A stretch of DNA of 64,000 nt from Pirellulales bacterium (GTDB taxonomy: Bacteria; Planctomycetota; Planctomycetia; Pirellulales; PALSA-1355): contig CAVTBU010000006.1 in the NCBI GenBank assembly GCA_963733035.1, positions 864,001 through 928,000 on the forward strand, written 5' to 3'. The notes under the pieces were generated by a model that saw only the letters and a list, made by a program, of their open reading frames with translations, had not been told where the DNA came from and did not search any database. The position numbers and the translations under genes were made by a program. How positions within the stretch are numbered: position 1 is the first letter of the stretch; each line of letters begins with the position of its first letter. This document shows, in pieces, positions 59,888 through 64,000 of the stretch.

Positions 59888-60352
59888 TCAGGCAGGTTCC
59901 GGGACGATCTCGGAAGTGCAGTTTGGACATCTCTGGGCCTTCTTGGAGATCATGGTGTGGCACATCGGGCATTCGCGATTTTGCGGTGGCGGCGCGGGGG
60001 GCGAGAGACGGTTTACCTGCTTGACCACGAGAAAGACGCAGAACGCCACGATCAGGAACGTGATCACGTTGTTGATGAAGCGTCCATAGTTGATCGTGGC
60101 AATGCCACTCGCCTTGGCTGCTGTGGCCGACGTGGCCTTGGCAAAGTCGTCGGCATTCTTGGCGTTGAGCGGCAAAGCGAAGTCCTGAAAGTCACCGACA
60201 TGGCTGGCCGACAGCAGTACGCCTATCGGAGGCATCATCACGTCGTCGACCATCGAAGTGACGACTTTCCCGAACGCCGCGCCGATGATGACACCGATGG
60301 CCAGATCGATGACACTGCCCCGCAGGGCAAACTTCTTGAATTCCTGCAACAT
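59888..60352 (-). CDS. mscL: Large-conductance mechanosensitive channel with C-terminal zinc ribbon
   Basis: MLQEFKKFALRGSVIDLAIGVIIGAAFGKVVTS...NYGRFINNVITFLIVAF; CPMC...CPNC tail; GGGAGG RBS. Confidence 0.95.
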   Translation of the reverse strand: MLQEFKKFALRGSVIDLAIGVIIGAAFGKVVTSMVDDVMMPPIGVLLSASHVGDFQDFALPLNAKNADDFAKATSATAAKASGIATINYGRFINNVITFLIVAFCVFLVVKQVNRLSPPAPPPQNRECPMCHTMISKKAQRCPNCTSEIVPEPA

Positions 60353-60474
60353 TGTCCACACCTCCCACGGCTCAGGACGGCCGCCCGACGGCGCGACGGA
60401 AGTTCGTTGCGCAATGGCTGCCAGCGTCCTTTTATAGCGCCCCGGAAGGGCAAGAATCCAGAGCAGTCGCCCGC

Positions 60475-61353
60475 TCAGGCCACCTTGGCATGGCGTTGGG
60501 GCAGATAGGTCGTCAGTTGATCGACGCCCCAGCCGTTTTCTTCGGTGAGCAGGTCGGCAACGCGTGCGGATGTTTCGCCTCGCTTGCCGACGAACAATCG
60601 CAGTGAGGTGCCGCCGTCGGTCGTCCGCTCCACGTCGTGAATCACCAGCCCGTGGCGTGACAGCAAACGCTGCAGTGAAGTCAGCGAGAAATATGACAGA
60701 TCGGTGTGATGTGGCGACCAGAGGTTTCCTCGGTCGATGAGATGTCGCACATAGGGCACTTCCATGACGGCCACGCCCGAATCCTTGAGCACTGTTGGCA
60801 GACCGGAAATCGGCACGTTTGGATCCTCCACGGCCGAAAGCAAATCGCTCAGATGAACGACGTCGGCCTGTTGGCCGCAACCCAGTAAGAAGCCCGCCAA
60901 CTCCCGATCAAAACGTCGGCACAACGTCGGCACGCCATGTTCCAAGCGTGCTAACTCGGCAAGGCGAACGGCCGGCTCGATTCCCAGCACGGGGATGCCA
61001 GCCCTCTGATACTCGGTCAACAGGCGTCCTTCACGGCTGCCAACTTGCATCACGAGACTGGTCGGACGCAGCTTTTGAGAGGCAATCACCTGGCTGGTCA
61101 ACTGTCGGATAGGCCAACAGTTTAGCTCGGACCTGGATCGCACTTCGGCGCTGCGCGACGAAGTATCACGGACCTCCGAGCTGACGCGTTGCACCAGTGC
61201 GCACTTGCCGCAGAACGCCAATTGCTCGCGAACGTTTGCACCCGCGGCCGATGCAGAGTTGGTCGGCGCAGGAACAACCGCGGGTAGTTCCCATTCTAGA
61301 ATCAATTCAAGCGACGATTCCGAACAACTGCGACAATGCGTGGCCTGGAACAT
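60475..61353 (-). CDS. Degenerate C-methyltransferase-like (sugar C-MT type) protein
   Basis: CRSC...CGKCALVQ zinc site, PVLGIEPA, EVPY, SYFSLTSL, GTSLR; shortened, with motifs altered. Confidence 0.7.
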   Translation of the reverse strand: MFQATHCRSCSESSLELILEWELPAVVPAPTNSASAAGANVREQLAFCGKCALVQRVSSEVRDTSSRSAEVRSRSELNCWPIRQLTSQVIASQKLRPTSLVMQVGSREGRLLTEYQRAGIPVLGIEPAVRLAELARLEHGVPTLCRRFDRELAGFLLGCGQQADVVHLSDLLSAVEDPNVPISGLPTVLKDSGVAVMEVPYVRHLIDRGNLWSPHHTDLSYFSLTSLQRLLSRHGLVIHDVERTTDGGTSLRLFVGKRGETSARVADLLTEENGWGVDQLTTYLPQRHAKVA

Positions 61354-61648
61354 GAATCCGTGCCTTTGACGAGAGGATAGGTAACCCCCAAGGTACTGCT
61401 GACCCGGCGAGCGGCGGATAGTACTGGAACTGCCCGGGTGGGGTCAACGCGGGCCTAGGACAAACACGCGTCACTTTTTACTACGTGGAACGCGACGGCA
61501 TAGTTCTCGTGAGAAAGTACAGCGTTTGGGAAACCTCCCGTAGGCCGTGGAGCGAGACTATAATGGCCAAAATGCCGGCCCGGCTGGGAATTTGCCGCTC
61601 GGGAGGGCGAATTGTGAATGACGCAATACTTGGCGAGGATGGTCGGCG

Positions 61649-64000
61649 ATGCGCGTGCTGGTAAGTTTGGGCGCCTTGTTGTTGCTGCTAGCAATTGAAA
61701 CTCCCCTCGCAGCCGCGGCTGACGGCAATCGTCTGGCCTACCTGGACGAAAGCGATCCGTTCCACGTTTCGCGGACTTTTCCCAAGCTAGTGACGCCTCA
61801 GTGGGTCGGCGAGGAGGGCGTCGAGGCAGTCGTGATCCTATCGATCGACGACATGCGCGGTCACGAGCGGTGGGAAGCTTTTCTGCGGCCGATTTTGGAG
61901 CGGCTTAAGAGAATTGACGGTCGGGCGCCGGTCAGCATCATGACCTGCCAGATTGATCCGCGGCATCCACACTTACAAAGATGGCTGGCCGAGGGTTTGA
62001 GCCTGGAAACGCATACGCTCGACCATCCATGTCCGCTACTACAAAAGGGTGACTTTGCCGCGGCCAAGCAAACCTACGACCGCTGCATCGATCAGATGGA
62101 CGCGGTGCCAGGGAGCCGCGCGGTGGCGTTCCGCATGCCGTGTTGCGATTCGCAGAATACGCCCAGCCCTCGTTTCTATGCCGAGATATTCAGCCGAACG
62201 ACGCCGGTGGGCAACTTTCTCGAGATCGACAGTTCGGTCTTCAACATCATTACGGCCAATGATCCCGAACTGCCGCGCGAGCTCGCGGTTGATGGCAAGG
62301 GGCAGGAAATCTTTCGCCGTTACCTGCCCTTTAAATCATACGTCGTCACGGTGGAGGACTATCCCTACCCGTACGTCATTGGCCACAACTGCTGGGAATT
62401 TCCTTGCGTGGTTCCAAGCGATTGGAGCGCCCAGCATGTGCAGCAACCGGACAATCCGCGCACGGTCGAGGACCTCAAGCGGGCGCTCGACGCCGCGGTC
62501 GTGAAGCAGGGCGTGTTCACGTTGGTCTTTCACCCGCACAAGTGGATCAAGGCCGAACAGATCATTGAGCTGATTGACTATGCCGTGGCCACGCACGGCC
62601 CGAAGGTGAAGTTCCTCAATTTCCGTGAAGCGGCGCGGCGGTTGAACAAGAACCTGCTGGCCGAGCATCCACTGCGAGCAGCCGACGGGAGCGATAGCGG
62701 TGTGCGCGTGATGGACGTAAATCAAGACGGCTATGTCGACGTTGTTTCCGGTGGCAAGCGGGGAAGGAAAACGCGCATTTGGTCTCCAGACACTGGTCGG
62801 TGGACGGACAGCGCGTTTCCGCTGGAGATTCAAGCTGCTGAGCAGGTTCGTTTTGGAATCATTCACAACGACCAATTGCCGACCGTTTTTGACGGCCTGC
62901 GTCAAGCGTGGCACTTCGACGGCGGCGCCTGGGTGCGAAGCCCCCAGCTTGTCAAGGGACTTGATGCCGCCGCGGAATTGCAGTACCTGCGGCTGCTCGA
63001 TATTGATGGCGATGGTATCTGCGAACTGCTGTCGATGACCGCGGCAGGACAGGCGATTTACCAATACAGACAATCCATGTGGCAGAAGCTTCCCTATCAG
63101 CTTCCAGAAGGAATGGAACTGGTTGACGCCGCGGGGAGGGACTCGGGGTTGCGGTTTGTCGACATCGATCAGAACGGCTCGCTTGATGTCATTTTTTCGA
63201 ACGAGACTGAGTACTCGGCGTATTTGTTCGTTTCATCGGAGAAAGGCTGGGCCCAGCAGCTGGTGGCCGGGAAACGGGACGACCCCAAGGCAATTCCGAT
63301 GATTGCCCGCAACGGGACCAACAACGGCGCCTGGATCAACGCGCGCACCCTTTGGGTCCAGAACGAAGACACGGCGAAGATGCCGGATCTGGTCGACCGC
63401 ATGCCGCTCGACAGTCTGCTGGAAGGAGTCCTGTTCCCCGGTCCGAAGTCGCCGGAAATGGCGCTTAAAACCATGCACGCGCGGCCTGGCTTTCAGATCG
63501 ACCTGGCCGTGCACGAGCCGCTGGTGATGGATCCCGTGTCGATCGCTTTCGGCCCCGACGGAAAACTTTGGGTTACCGAGATGGGGGACTACCCTCGCGG
63601 CACGGACGGTAAGGGTGCCAAAGGGGGCCGCGTGCGCTTTCTGGAAGACACCGATGGCGACGGCCGCTACGACAAGTCGACGCTGTTTCTCGATGACCTG
63701 GGCTATCCGAACGGCGTTACGCCCTGGCGCGGCGGCGTGATCGTCACCTGCGCACCTGAAGTGCTGTATGCCGAGGACACCGACGGCGACGGTCGCGCAG
63801 ACACACGCGAGGTGCTCTACAGCGGGTTTGTCGAAGGCAACCCGCAGCACCGCGTCAACGGGTTCAAGTGGGGCATGGACGGTTGGCTCTACGGCGCTCA
63901 CGCCGACGCCGTAGGTGGCGAGATCAAGCTGCACAAGCGCAACGAAGTTGTAGACGCCAATGGCCGAGATTTCCGCATCCGACCCGACGAGGGATTGCTC
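61649..64000 (+). CDS. Large secreted PVC-type multidomain protein: deacetylase-like domain, FG-GAP repeats, putative membrane-bound dehydrogenase propeller (runs off the window)
   Basis: Manual translation: signal peptide, NRLAYLD...LSIDDMR...HTLDHPC; DVNQDGYVD, DIDGDGICE, DIDQNGSLD; EPLVMDPV...LWVTEMGDYP...LEDTDGDGRYD...NPQHRVNG. Confidence 0.88.
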   Translation, partial: MRVLVSLGALLLLLAIETPLAAAADGNRLAYLDESDPFHVSRTFPKLVTPQWVGEEGVEAVVILSIDDMRGHERWEAFLRPILERLKRIDGRAPVSIMTCQIDPRHPHLQRWLAEGLSLETHTLDHPCPLLQKGDFAAAKQTYDRCIDQMDAVPGSRAVAFRMPCCDSQNTPSPRFYAEIFSRTTPVGNFLEIDSSVFNIITANDPELPRELAVDGKGQEIFRRYLPFKSYVVTVEDYPYPYVIGHNCWEFPCVVPSDWSAQHVQQPDNPRTVEDLKRALDAAVVKQGVFTLVFHPHKWIKAEQIIELIDYAVATHGPKVKFLNFREAARRLNKNLLAEHPLRAADGSDSGVRVMDVNQDGYVDVVSGGKRGRKTRIWSPDTGRWTDSAFPLEIQAAEQVRFGIIHNDQLPTVFDGLRQAWHFDGGAWVRSPQLVKGLDAAAELQYLRLLDIDGDGICELLSMTAAGQAIYQYRQSMWQKLPYQLPEGMELVDAAGRDSGLRFVDIDQNGSLDVIFSNETEYSAYLFVSSEKGWAQQLVAGKRDDPKAIPMIARNGTNNGAWINARTLWVQNEDTAKMPDLVDRMPLDSLLEGVLFPGPKSPEMALKTMHARPGFQIDLAVHEPLVMDPVSIAFGPDGKLWVTEMGDYPRGTDGKGAKGGRVRFLEDTDGDGRYDKSTLFLDDLGYPNGVTPWRGGVIVTCAPEVLYAEDTDGDGRADTREVLYSGFVEGNPQHRVNGFKWGMDGWLYGAHADAVGGEIKLHKRNEVVDANGRDFRIRPDEGLL

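Noticed and set aside
58830..60880. Extended ORFs for mscL (330 aa) and the O-methyltransferase (380 aa)
   Set aside because: Extensions overlap upstream genes; the family N-termini begin at 60352 and 59828.
1..64000. tRNA, rRNA, CRISPR array, integrase or transposase genes
   Set aside because: None seen; GTTCGA matches fall inside coding regions and no regularly spaced direct repeats were found.

Overview
A GC-rich chromosomal segment, most likely from a planctomycete (Pirellulales-like). Lineage markers are two DUF1501 genes, a DUF1549/DUF1553 protein, a TIGR03000-domain protein, an ECF sigma factor paired with a WD40 Ser/Thr kinase, a PEP-CTERM protein and a PVC-type dehydrogenase. The window holds about 50 mostly unlinked genes: housekeeping (gap, panB, ferritin, mscL, pcm, larC), ABC/MATE transporters and many secreted hydrolases. 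I saw no rRNA, tRNA, CRISPR array, transposase or prophage. Most notable observations: (1) A two-gene module at 23264-24165 whose start codons abut in CATATG. One gene encodes a 169-aa kinase-like protein in which the DFG-type motif precedes the catalytic DxxxxN loop; the other encodes an 88-aa beta-rich partner ending in an SSB-tail-like DESVPF. (2) Two diverged copies of a ~155-bp structured MITE-like element (21714-21868, 57619-57775), one supplying the stop codons of both flanking genes. (3) A consensus sigma-54 promoter followed by a ~250-nt structured region, a candidate sRNA (6205-6480). (4) A signal-peptide-bearing Pcm fusion. (5) Fur-like boxes upstream of ferritin. (6) Three small proteins missed by the ORF track. 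Five genes carry single frameshifts, probably assembly errors. All assignments come from motif recognition by eye; no database searches were run.
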